Below are positions 1-11,849 of a stretch of 64,000 bases of DNA, piece after piece (within the stretch, counting starts at the first letter, position 1; the number at the start of each line of letters is the position of its first letter). Below the pieces are notes generated by a model. The model saw nothing but the letters and a program-made list of their open reading frames with translations, ran no database searches and was not told the origin of the DNA. This DNA comes from Eledone cirrhosa (Eukaryota): NCBI GenBank assembly GCA_964016885.1, contig OZ024744.1, positions 23,064,001 to 23,128,000 on the forward strand. The letters are read 5' to 3'. The position numbers were made by a program, and so were the translations under genes.

Positions 1-2690
1 TCAACTGTTGTTAAAACGAGTCAGTTCTTAAGATTCAACTGTTGTTAAAGCGAGTTTTATTTGAAGATTCAACTGTTGTTAAAACGAGTCAGTGCTTAAG
101 GTTGAACTGTTGATAAAACGAGTCAGTTCTTAAGATTCAACTGTTGTTAAAACGAGTTTTATCTTAAGATTCAGCTGTTGTTAAAACGAGTCAGTTCTTA
201 AGATTCAACTGTTGTTAAAACGAATTTTATCTTAAGATTCAACTGTTGTTAAAACGAGTTTTATCTTAAGATTCAGCTGTTGTTAAAACGAATCAGTTCT
301 TAAGATTCAACTGTTGTTAAAACTAATTTTATTTGAAGATTCAACTGTTGTTAAGATGAGTCAGTTCTTAAGGTTGAACTGTTGATAAAACGAGTCAGTT
401 CTTAAGATTCAACTGTTGTTAAAACGAGTCAGTTCTTAAGATTCAACTGTTGTTAAAACGAGTTTTATCTTAAGATTCAACTGTTGTTAAAATGAGTCAG
501 TTCTTAAGATTCAACCGTTGTTAAAACGAGTTTTATCTTAAGATTCAACTGTTGTTAAAACGAGTCAGTTCTTAAGATTCAACTGTTGTTAAAGCGAGTT
601 TTATTTGAAGATTCAACTGTTGTTAAAACGAGTCAGTGCTTAAGGTTGAACTGTTGATAAAACGAGTCAGTTCTTAAGATTCAACTGTTGTTAAAACGAG
701 TTTTATTTGAGGATTCAACTGTTGTTAAAACGAGTCATTTCTTAAGGTTGAACTGTTGATAAAACGAGTCAGTTCTTAAGATTCAACTGTTGTTAAAACG
801 AGTTTTATCTAAAGATTCAGCTGTTGTTAAAATGAGTCAGTTCTTAAGATTCAACTGTTGTTAAAACGAGTTTTATCTTAAGATTCAACTGTTGTTAAAA
901 CGAGTCAGTTCTGAAGAATCAACTGTTGTTAAAACGAGTTTTATTTGAAGATTCAACTGTTGTTAAAACGAGTTTTATCTTAAGATTCAGCTGTTGTTAA
1001 AACGAGTCAGTTCTTAAGATACAACTGTTGTTAAGACGAATTTTATCTTAAGATTCAACTGTTGTTAAAACGAGTTTTATCTTAAGATTCAGCTGTTGTT
1101 AAAACGAATCAGTTCTTAAGATTCAACTGTTGTTAAAACGAGTTTTATTTGAAGATTCAACTGTTGTAAAACGAGTTTTATCTTAAGATTCAGCTGTTGT
1201 TAAAACGAGTCAGTTCTTAAGATTCAACTGTTGTTAAAACGAGTTTTATCTTAAGATTCAGCTGTTGTTAAAACGAGTCAGTTCTTAAGATTCAACTGTT
1301 GTTAAAACGAATCAGTTCTTAAGATTCAACTGTTGTTAAAATGAGTCAGTTCTTAAGGTTGAACTGTTGATAAAACGAGTCAGTTCTTAAGATTCAACTG
1401 TTGTTAAAACGAGTTTTATCTTAAGATTCAACTGTTGTTAAAATGAGTCAGTTCTTAATATTCAACTGTTGTTAAAACGAGTTTTATCTTAAGATTCAAC
1501 TGTTGTTAAAACGAGTCAGTTCTTAAGATTCAACTGTTGTTAAAACGAGTTTTATTTGAAGATTCAACTGTTGTTAAAACGAGTCAGTGCTTTAGGTTGA
1601 ACTGTTGATAAAACGAGTCAGTTCTTAAGATTCAACTGTTGTTAAAACGAGTTTTATCTTAAGATTCAGATGTTGTTAAAACGAGTCAGTTCTTAAGATT
1701 CAACTGTTGTTAAAACGAATTTTATCTTAAGATTCAACTGTTGTTAAAACGAGTTTTATCTTAAGATTCAGCTATTGTTAAAACGAATCAGTTCTTAAGA
1801 TTCAACTGTTGTTAAAACGAGTTTTATTTGAAGATTCAACTGTTGTTAAGACGAGTCAGTTCTTAAGGTTGAACTCTTGATAAAACGAGTCAGTTCTTAA
1901 GATTCAACTGTTGTAAAACGAGTTTTATCTTAAGATTCAGCTGTTGTTAAAACGAGTCAGTTCTTAAGATTCAACTGTTATTAAAACGAGTTTTATCTTA
2001 AGATTCAACTGTTGTTAAAACGAATCAGTTCTTAAGATTCAACTGTTGTTAAAATGAGTCAGTTCTTAAGATTCAACTGTTGTAAAAACTAGTTTCATCT
2101 TAAGATTCAACTGTTGTTAAAATGAGTCAGCTCTTAAGATTCAACTGTTGTTAAAACGAGTTTTATCTTAAGATTCAACTGTTGTTAAAACGAGTCAGTT
2201 CTTAAGATTCAACTGTTGTTAAAACGAGTTTTATTTGAGGATTCAACTGTTGTTAAAACGAGTCATTTCTTAAGGTTGAACTGTTGATAAAACGAGTCAG
2301 TTCTTAAGATTCAACTGTTGTTAAAACGAGTTTTATCTAAAGATTCAGCTGTTGTTAAAATGAGTCAGTTCTTAAGATTCAACTGTTGTTAAAACGGGTT
2401 TTATCTTAAAATTCAACTGTTGTTAAAACGAGTCAGTTCTGAAGAATCAACTGTTGTTAAAACGAGTTTTATTTGAAGATTCAACTGTTGTTAAAACGAG
2501 TTTTATCTTAAGATTCAGCTGTTGTTAAAACGAGTCAGTTCTTAAGATACAACTGTTGTTAAAGCGAATTTTATCTTAAGATTCAACTGTTGTTAAAACG
2601 AGTTTTATCTTAAGATTCAGCTGTTGTTAAAACGAATCAGTTCTTAAGATTCAACTGTTGTTAAAACGAGTTTTATTTGAAGATTCAACT

Positions 2691-3197
2691 GTTGTAAAAC
2701 GAGTTTTATCTTAAGATTCAGCTGTTGTTAAAACGAGTCAGTTCTTAAGATTCAACTGTTGTTAAAACGAGTTTAATCTTAAGATTCAACTGTTGTTAAA
2801 ACGAATCAGTTCTTAAGATTCAACTGTTGTTAAAATGAGTCAGTTCTTAAGATTCAACTGTTGTAAAACGAGTTTTATCTTAAGATTCAGCTGTTGTTAA
2901 AACGAGTCAGTTCTTAAGATTCAACTGTTGTTAAAACGAGTTTTATCTTAAGATTCAACTGTTGTTAAAACGAATCAGTTCTTAAGATTCAACTGTTGTT
3001 AAAATGAGTCAGTTCTTAAGTTTCAACTGTTGTAAAACGAGTTTTATCTTAAGATTCAGCTGTTGTTAAAACGAGTCAGTTCTTAAGATTCAACTGTAGT
3101 TAAAACGAGTTTTATCTGAAGATTCAACTGTTGTTAAAACGAATCAGTTGTTAAGATTCAACTGTTGTTAAAATGAGTCAGTTCTTAAGATTCAACT
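2691..3197 (+). repeat. Local tandem 169-bp pentamer HOR (example; similar runs at ~10361-10867 and ~11378-11884)
   Basis: The 33-bp deletion monomer GTTGTAAAAC occurs at 2691/2860/3029, 10361/10530/10699 and 11378/11547/11716. Each is followed by the order B-A-B-A(GAAT)-A(ATGAG). Confidence 0.85.
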
Positions 3198-6100
3198 GTT
3201 GTTAAAACGAGTTTTATCTTAAGATTCAACTGTTGTTAAAACGAGTCAGTTCTTAAGATTCAACTGTTGTTAAAACGAGTTTTATCTTAAGATTCAACTG
3301 TTGTTAAAATGAGTCAGTTCTTAAGATTCAACCGTTGTTAAAACGAGTTTTATCTTAAGATTCAACTGTTGTTAAAACGAGTCAGTTCTTAAGATTCAAC
3401 TGTTGTTAAAGCGAGTTTTATTTGAAGATTCAACTGTTGTTAAAACGAGTCAGTGCTTAAGGTTGAACTGTTGATAAAACGAGTCAGTTCTTAAGATTCA
3501 ACTGTTGTTAAAACGAGTTTTATCTTAAGATTCAGCTGTTGTTAAAACGAGTCAGTTCTTAAGATTCAACTGTTGTTAAAACGAATTTTATCTTAAGATT
3601 CAACTGTTGTTAAAACGAGTTTTATCTTAAGATTCAGCTGTTGTTAAAACGAATCAGTTCTTAAGATTCAACTGTTGTTAAAACTAATTTTATTTGAAGA
3701 TTCAACTGTTGTTAAGATGAGTCAGTTCTTAAGGTTGAACTGTTGATAAAACGAGTCAGTTCTTAAGATTCAACTGTTGTTAAAACGAGTCAGTTCTTAA
3801 GATTCAACTGTTGTTAAAACGAGTTTTATCTTAAGATTCAACTGTTGTTAAAATGAGTCAGTTCTTAAGATTCAACCTTTGTTAAAACGAGTTTTATCTT
3901 AAGATTCAACTGTTGTTAAAACGAGTCAGTTCTTAAGATTCAACTGTTGTTAAAGCGAGTTTTATTTGAAGATTCAACTGTTGTTAAAACGAGTCAGTGC
4001 TTAAGGTTGAACTGTTGATAAAACGAGTCAGTTCTTAAGATTCAACTGTTGTTAAAACGAGTTTTATTTGAGGATTCAACTGTTGTTAAAACGAGTCATT
4101 TCTTAAGGTTGAACTGTTGATAAAACGAGTCAGTTCTTAAGATTCAACTGTTGTTAAAACGAGTTTTATCTAAAGATTCAGCTGTTGTTAAAATGAGTCA
4201 GTTCTTAAGATTCAACTGTTGTTAAAACGAGTTTTATTTGAAGATTCAACTGTTGTTAAAACGAGTTTTATCTTAAGATTCAGCTGTTGTTAAAACGAGT
4301 CAGTTCTTAAGATACAACTGTTGTTAAGACGAATTTTATCTTAAGATTCAACTGTTGTTAAAACGAGTTTTATCTTAAGATTCAGCTGTTGTTAAAACGA
4401 ATCAGTTCTTAAGATTCAACTGTTGTTAAAACGAGTTTTATTTGAAGATTCAACTGTTGTAAAACGAGTTTTATCTTAAGATTCAGCTGTTGTTAAAACG
4501 AGTCAGTTCTTAAGATTCAACTGTTGTTAAAACGAGTTTTATCTTAAGATTCAGCTGTTGTTAAAACGAGTCAGTTCTTAAGATTCAACTGTTGTTAAAA
4601 CGAATCAGTTCTTAAGATTCAACTGTTGTTAAAATGAGTCAGTTCTTAAGATTCAACTGTTGTAAAACGAGTTTTATCTTAAGATTCAGCTGTTGTTAAA
4701 ACGAGTCAGTTCTTAAGATTCAACTGTTGTTAAAACGAGTTTTATCTTAAGATTCAACTGTTGTTAAAACGAATCAGTTCTTAAGATTCAACTGTTGTTA
4801 AAATGAGTCAGTTCTTAAGATTCAACTGTTGTAAAACGAGTTTTATCTTAAGATTCAGCTGTTGTTAAAACGAGTCAGTTCTTAAGATTCAACTGTAGTT
4901 AAAACGAGTTTTATCTGAAGATTCAACTGTTGTTAAAACGAATCAGTTGTTAAGATTCAACTGTTGTTAAAATGAGTCAGTTCTTAAGATTCAACTGTTG
5001 TTAAAACGAGTTTTATCTTAAGATTCAACTGTTGTTAAAACGAGTCAGTTCTTAAGATTCAACTGTTGTTAAAACGAGTTTTATCTTAAGATTCAACTGT
5101 TGTTAAAATGAGTCAGTTCTTAAGATTCAACCGTTGTTAAAACGAGTTTTATCTTAAGATTCAACTGTTGTTAAAACGAGTCAGTTCTTAAGATTCAACT
5201 GTTGTTAAAGCGAGTTTTATTTGAAGATTCAACTGTTGTTAAAACGAGTCAGTGCTTAAGGTTGAACTGTTGATAAAACGAGTCAGTTCTTAAGATTCAA
5301 CTGTTGTTAAAACGAGTTTTATCTTAAGATTCAGCTGTTGTTAAAACGAGTCAGTTCTTAAGATTCAACTGTTGTTAAAACGAATTTTATCTTAAGATTC
5401 AACTGTTGTTAAAACGAGTTTTATCTTAAGATTCAGCTGTTGTTAAAACGAATCAGTTCTTAAGATTCAACTGTTGTTAAAACTAATTTTATTTGAAGAT
5501 TCAACTGTTGTTAAGATGAGTCAGTTCTTAAGGTTGAACTGTTGATAAAACGAGTCAGTTCTTAAGATTCAACTGTTGTTAAAACGAGTTTTATCTTAAG
5601 ATTTAGCTGTTGTTAAAACGAGTCAGTTCTTAAGATTCAACTGTTGTTAAAACGAGTTTATCTTAAAATTCAGCCGTTGTTAAAACGAGTCAGTTCTTAA
5701 TATTCAACTGTTGTTAAAACGAGTTTTATCTTAAGATTCAACTGTTGTTAAAATGAGTCAGTTCTTAAGATTCAACTGTTGTTAAAACGAGTTTTATTTG
5801 AGGATTCAACTGTTGTTAAAACGAGTCAGTTCTTAAGGTTGAACTGTTGATAAAACGAGTCAGTTCTTAAGATTCAACTGTTGTTAAAACGAGTTTTATC
5901 TTAAGATTCAACTGTTGTTAAAATGAGTCAGTTCTTAAGATTCAACTGTTGTTAAAACGAGTTTTATCTTAAGATTCAACTGTTGTTAAAACGAGTCAGT
6001 TCTTAAGATTCAACTGTTGTTAAAACGAGTTTTATTTGAAGATTCAACTGTTGTTAAAACGAGTCAGTGCTTAAGGTTGAACTGTTGATAAAACGAGTCA

Positions 6101-6619
6101 GTTCTTAAGATTCAACTGTTGTTAAAAAGAGTTTTATCTTAAGATTCAGCTGTTGTTAAAACGAGTCAGTTCTTAAGATTCAACTGTTGTTAAAACGAAT
6201 TTTATCTTAAGATTCAACTGTTGTTAAAACGACTTTTATCTTAAGATTCAGCTGTTGTTAAAACGAATCAGCTCTTAAGATTCAACTGTTGTTAAAACGA
6301 ATTTTATTTGAAGATTCAACTGTTGTTAAGATGAGTCAGTTCTTAAGGTTGAACTGTTCATAAAACGAGTCAGTTCTTAAGATTCAACTGTTGTTAAAAC
6401 GAGTTTTATCTTAAGATTTAGCTGTTGTTAAAACGAGTTAGTTCTTAAGATTCAACTGTTGTTAAAACGAGTTTATCTTAAAATTCAGCCGTTGTTAAAA
6501 CGAGTCAGTTCTTAAGATTCAACTGTTGTTAAAACGAGTTTTATCTTAAGATTCAACTGTTGTTAAAACGAGTTTTATCTTAAGATTCAGCTGTTGTTAA
6601 AACGAATCAGTTCTTAAGA

Positions 6620-9600
6620 TTCAACTGTTGTTAAACGAATTTTATCTTAAGATTCAACTGTTGTTAAAACGAGTTTTATCTTAAGATTCAGCTGTTGTTA
6701 AAACGAATCAGTTCTTAAGATTCAACTGTTGTTAAAACGAGTTTTATCTTAAGATTCAACTGTTGTTAAAACGAATCAGTTCTTAAGATTCAACTGTTGT
6801 TAAAACGAGTGTTATCTTAAGATTCATCTGTTGTTAAAACGAATCAGTTCTGAAGAATCAACTGTTGTTAAAACGAGTTTTATTTGAAGATTCAACTGTT
6901 GTTAAAACGAGTCAGTGCTTTAGGTTGAACTGTTGATAAAACGAGTCAGTTCTTAAGATTCAACTGTTGTTAAAACGAGTTTTATCTTAAGATTCAGATG
7001 TTGTTAAAACGAGTCAGTTCTTAAGATTCAACTGTTGTTAAAACGAATTTTATCTTAAGATTCAACTGTTGTTAAAACGAGTTTTATCTTAAGATTCAGC
7101 TATTGTTAAAACGAATCAGTTCTTAAGATTCAACTGTTGTTAAAACGAGTTTTATTTGAAGATTCAACTGTTGTTAAGACGAGTCAGTTCTTAAGGTTGA
7201 ACTCTTGATAAAACGAGTCAGTTCTTAAGATTCAACTGTTGTAAAACGAGTTTTATCTTAAGATTCAGCTGTTGTTAAAACGAGTCAGTTCTTAAGATTC
7301 AACTGTTGTTAAAACGAGTTTTATCTTAAGATTCAACTGTTGTTAAAACGAATCAGTTCTTAAGATTCAACTGTTGTTAAAATGAGTCAGTTCTTAAGAT
7401 TCAACTGTTGTAAAAACTAGTTTCATCTTAAGATTCAACTGTTGTTAAAATGAGTCAGCTCTTAAGATTCAACTGTTGTTAAAACGAGTTTTATCTTAAG
7501 ATTCAACTGTTGTTAAAACGAGTCAGTTCTTAAGATTCAACTGTTGTTAAAACGAGTTTTATTTGAGGATTCAACTGTTGTTAAAACGAGTCATTTCTTA
7601 AGGTTGAACTGTTGATAAAACGAGTCAGTTCTTAAGATTCAACTGTTGTTAAAACGAGTTTTATCTAAAGATTCAGCTGTTGTTAAAATGAGTCAGTTCT
7701 TAAGATTCAACTGTTGTTAAAACGAGTTTTATGTTAAAATTCAACTGTTGTTAAAACGAGTCAGTTCTGAAGAATCAACTGTTGTTAAAACGAGTTTTAT
7801 TTGAAGATTCAACTGTTGTTAAAACGAGTTTTATCTTAAGATTCAGCTGTTGTTAAAACGAGTCAGTTCTTAAGATACAACTGTTGTTAAAACGAATTTT
7901 ATCTTAAGATTCAACTGTTGTTAAAACGAGTTTTATCTTAAGATTCAGCTGTTGTTAAAACGAATCAGTTCTTAAGATTCAACTGTTGTTAAAACGAGTT
8001 TTATTTGAAGATTCAACTGTTGTAAAACGAGTTTTATCTTAAGATTCAGCTGTTGTTAAAACGAGTCAGTTCTTAAGATTCAACTGTTGTTAAAACGAGT
8101 TTTATCTTAAGATTCAACTGTTGTTAAAACGAATCAGTTCTTAAGATTCAACTGTTGTTAAAATGAGTCAGTTCTTAAGTTTCAACTGTTGTAAAACGAG
8201 TTTTATCTTAAGATTCAGCTGTTGTTAAAACGAGTCAGTTCTTAAGATTCAACTGTAGTTAAAACGAGTTTTATCTGAAGATTCAACTGTTGTTAAAACG
8301 AATCAGTTGTTAAGATTCAACTGTTGTTAAAATGAGTCAGTTCTTAAGATTCAACTGTTGTTAAAACGAGTTTTATCTTAAGATTCAACTGTTGTTAAAA
8401 CGAGTCAGTTCTTAAGATTCAACTGTTGTTAAAACGAGTTTTATCTTAAGATTCAACTGTTGTTAAAACGAGTCAGTGCTTAAGGTTGAACTGTTGATAA
8501 AACGAGTCAGTTCTTAAGATTCAACTGTTGTTAAAACGAGTTTTATCTTAAGATTCAGCTGTTGTTAAAACGAGTCAGTTCTTAAGATTCAACTGTTGTT
8601 AAAACGAATTTTATCTTAAGATTCAACTGTTGTTAAAACGAGTTTTATCTTAAGATTCAGCTGTTGTTAAAACGAATCAGTTCTTAAGATTCAACTGTTG
8701 TTAAAACTAATTTTATTTGAAGATTCAACTGTTGTTAAGATGAGTCAGTTCTTAAGGTTGAACTGTTGATAAAACGAGTCAGTTCTTAAGATTCAACTGT
8801 TGTTAAAACGAGTCAGTTCTTAAGATTCAACTGTTGTTAAAACGAGTTTTATCTTAAGATTCAACTGTTGTTAAAATGAGTCAGTTCTTAAGATTCAACC
8901 GTTGTTAAAACGAGTTTTATCTTAAGATTCAGCTGTTGTTAAAACGAGTCAGTTCTTAAGATTCAACTGTTGTTAAACGAATTTTATCTTAAGATTCAAC
9001 TGTTGTTAAAACGAGTTTTATCTTAAGATTCAGCTGTTGTTAAAACGAATCAGTTCTTAAGATTCAACTGTTGTTAAAACGAGTTTTATCTTAAGATTCA
9101 ACTGTTGTTAAAACGAATCAGTTCTTAAGATTCAACTGTTGTTAAAACGAGTGTTATCTTAAGATTCATCTGTTGTTAAAACGAATCAGTTCTGAAGAAT
9201 CAACTGTTGTTAAAACGAGTTTTATTTGAAGATTCAACTGTTGTTAAAACGAGACAGTGCTTTAGGTTGAACTGTTGATAAAACGAGTCAGTTCTTAAGA
9301 TTCAACTGTTGTTAAAACGAGTTTTATCTTAAGATTCAGATGTTGTTAAAACGAGTCAGTTCTTAAGATTCAACTGTTGTTAAAACGAATTTTATCTTAA
9401 GATTCAACTGTTGTTAAAACGAGTTTTATCTTAAGATTCAGCTATTGTTAAAACGAATCAGTTCTTAAGATTCAACTGTTGTTAAAACGAGTTTTATTTG
9501 AAGATTCAACTGTTGTTAAGACGAGTCAGTTCTTAAGGTTGAACTCTTGATAAAACGAGTCAGTTCTTAAGATTCAACTGTTGTAAAACGAGTTTTATCT

Positions 9601-10950
9601 TAAGATTCAGCTGTTGTTAAAACGAGTCAGTTCTTAAGATTCAACTGTTGTTAAAACGAGTTTTATCTTAAGATTCAACTGTTGTTAAAACGAATCAGTT
9701 CTTAAGATTCAACTGTTGTTAAAATGAGTCAGTTCTTAAGATTCAACTGTTGTAAAAACTAGTTTCATCTTTAGATTCAACTGTTGTTAAAATGAGTCAG
9801 CTCTTAAGATTCAACTGTTGTTAAAACGAGTTTTATCTTAAGATTCAACTGTTGTTAAAACGAGTCAGTTCTTAAGATTCAACTGTTGTTAAAACGAGTT
9901 TTATTTGAGGATTCAACTGTTGTTAAAACGAGTCATTTCTTAAGGTTGAACTGTTGATAAAACGAGTCAGTTCTTAAGATTCAACTGTTGTTAAAACGAG
10001 TTTTATCTAAAGATTCAGCTGTTGTTAAAATGAGTCAGTTCTTAAGATTCAACTGTTGTTAAAACGAGTTTTATCTTAAAATTCAACTGTTGTTAAAACG
10101 AGTCAGTTCTGAAGAATCAACTGTTGTTAAAACGAGTTTTATTTGAAGATTCAACTGTTGTTAAAACGAGTTTTATCTTAAGATTCAGCTGTTGTTAAAA
10201 CGAGTCAGTTCTTAAGATACAACTGTTGTTAAAACGAATTTTATCTTAAGATTCAACTGTTGTTAAAACGAGTTTTATCTTAAGATTCAGCTGTTGTTAA
10301 AACGAATCAGTTCTTAAGATTCAACTGTTGTTAAAACGAGTTTTATTTGAAGATTCAACTGTTGTAAAACGAGTTTTATCTTAAGATTCAGCTGTTGTTA
10401 AAACGAGTCAGTTCTTAAGATTCAACTGTTGTTAAAACGAGTTTTATCTTAAGATTCAACTGTTGTTAAAACGAATCAGTTCTTAAGATTCAACTGTTGT
10501 TAAAATGAGTCAGTTCTTAAGATTCAACTGTTGTAAAACGAGTTTTATCTTAAGATTCAGCTGTTGTTAAAACGAGTCAGTTCTTAAGATTCAACTGTTG
10601 TTAAAACGAGTTATATCTTAAGATTCAACTGTGGTTAAAACGAATCAGTTCTTAAGATTCAACTGTTGTTAAAATGAGTCAGTTCTTAAGTTTCAACTGT
10701 TGTAAAACGAGTTTTATCTTAAGATTCAGCTGTTGTTAAAACGAGTCAGTTCTTAAGATTCAACTGTAGTTAAAACGAGTTTTATCTGAAGATTCAACTG
10801 TTGTTAAAACGAATCAGTTGTTAAGATTCAACTGTTGTTAAAATGAGTCAGTTCTTAAGATTCAACTGTTGTTAAAACGAGTTTTATCTTAAGATTCAAC
10901 TGTTGTTAAAACGAGTCAGTTCTTAAGATTCAACTGTTGTTAAAACGAGT
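6620..10950 (+). repeat. ~2.34-kb (69-monomer) higher-order duplication; boundaries approximate
   Basis: Markers at offset 2342: TTAAACGAAT 6631/8973, GTTATC after GAGT 6811/9153, GAACTCTTG 7199/9541. Repeated again inside the second 24-kb copy. Confidence 0.8.
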
Positions 10951-11849
10951 TTTATCTTAAGATTCAACTGTTGTTAAAATGAGTCAGTTCTTAAGATTCA
11001 ACCGTTGTTAAAACGAGTTTTATCTTAAGATTCAACTGTTGTTAAAACGAGTCAGTTCTTAAGATTCAACTGTTGTTAAAGCGAGTTTTATTTAAAGATT
11101 CAACTGTTGTTAAAACGAGTCAGTGCTTAAGGTTGAACTGTTGATAAAACGAGTCAGTTCTTAAGATTCAACTGTTGTTAAAACGAGTTTTATCTTAAGA
11201 TTCAGCTGTTGTTAAAACGAGTCAGTTCTTAAGATTCAACTGTTGTTAAAACGAATTTTATCTTAAGATTCAACTGTTGTTAAAACGAGTTTTATCTTAA
11301 GATTCAGCTGTTGTTAAAACGAATCAGTTCTTAAGATTCAACTGTTGTTAAAACTAATTTTATTTGAAGATTCAACTGTTGTAAAACGAGTTTTATCTTA
11401 AGATTCAGCTGTTGTTAAAACGAGTCAGTTCTTAAGATTCAACTGTTGTTAAAACGAGTTTTATCTTAAGATTCAACTGTTGTTAAAACGAATCAGTTCT
11501 TAAGATTCAACTGTTGTTAAAATGAGTCAGTTCTTAAGATTCAACTGTTGTAAAACGAGTTTTATCTTAAGATTCAGCTGTTGTTAAAACGAGTCAGTTC
11601 TTAAGATTCAACTGTTGTTAAAACGAGTTTTATCTTAAGATTCAACTGTTGTTAAAACGAATCAGTTCTTAAGATTCAACTGTTGTTAAAATGAGTCAGT
11701 TCTTAAGATTCAACTGTTGTAAAACGAGTTTTATCTTAAGATTCAGCTGTTGTTAAAACGAGTCAGTTCTTAAGATTCAACTGTAGTTAAAACGAGTTTT
11801 ATCTGAAGATTCAACTGTTGTTAAAACGAATCAGTTGTTAAGATTCAAC

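Noticed and set aside
2-7. E-box/MYB-like CAACTG with CANNTG-preserving variants (CAGCTG, CATCTG, CAGATG)
   Set aside because: The motif is short and degenerate, and motif-breaking variants (GAACTG, CAACCG, CAGCCG, TAGCTG, CAACAG) are also common, so there is no sign of constraint.
1-34. loxP/FRT-like 34-bp recombination sites
   Set aside because: Only the length matches. There are no 13-bp inverted arms around an 8-bp spacer and no sequence resemblance.
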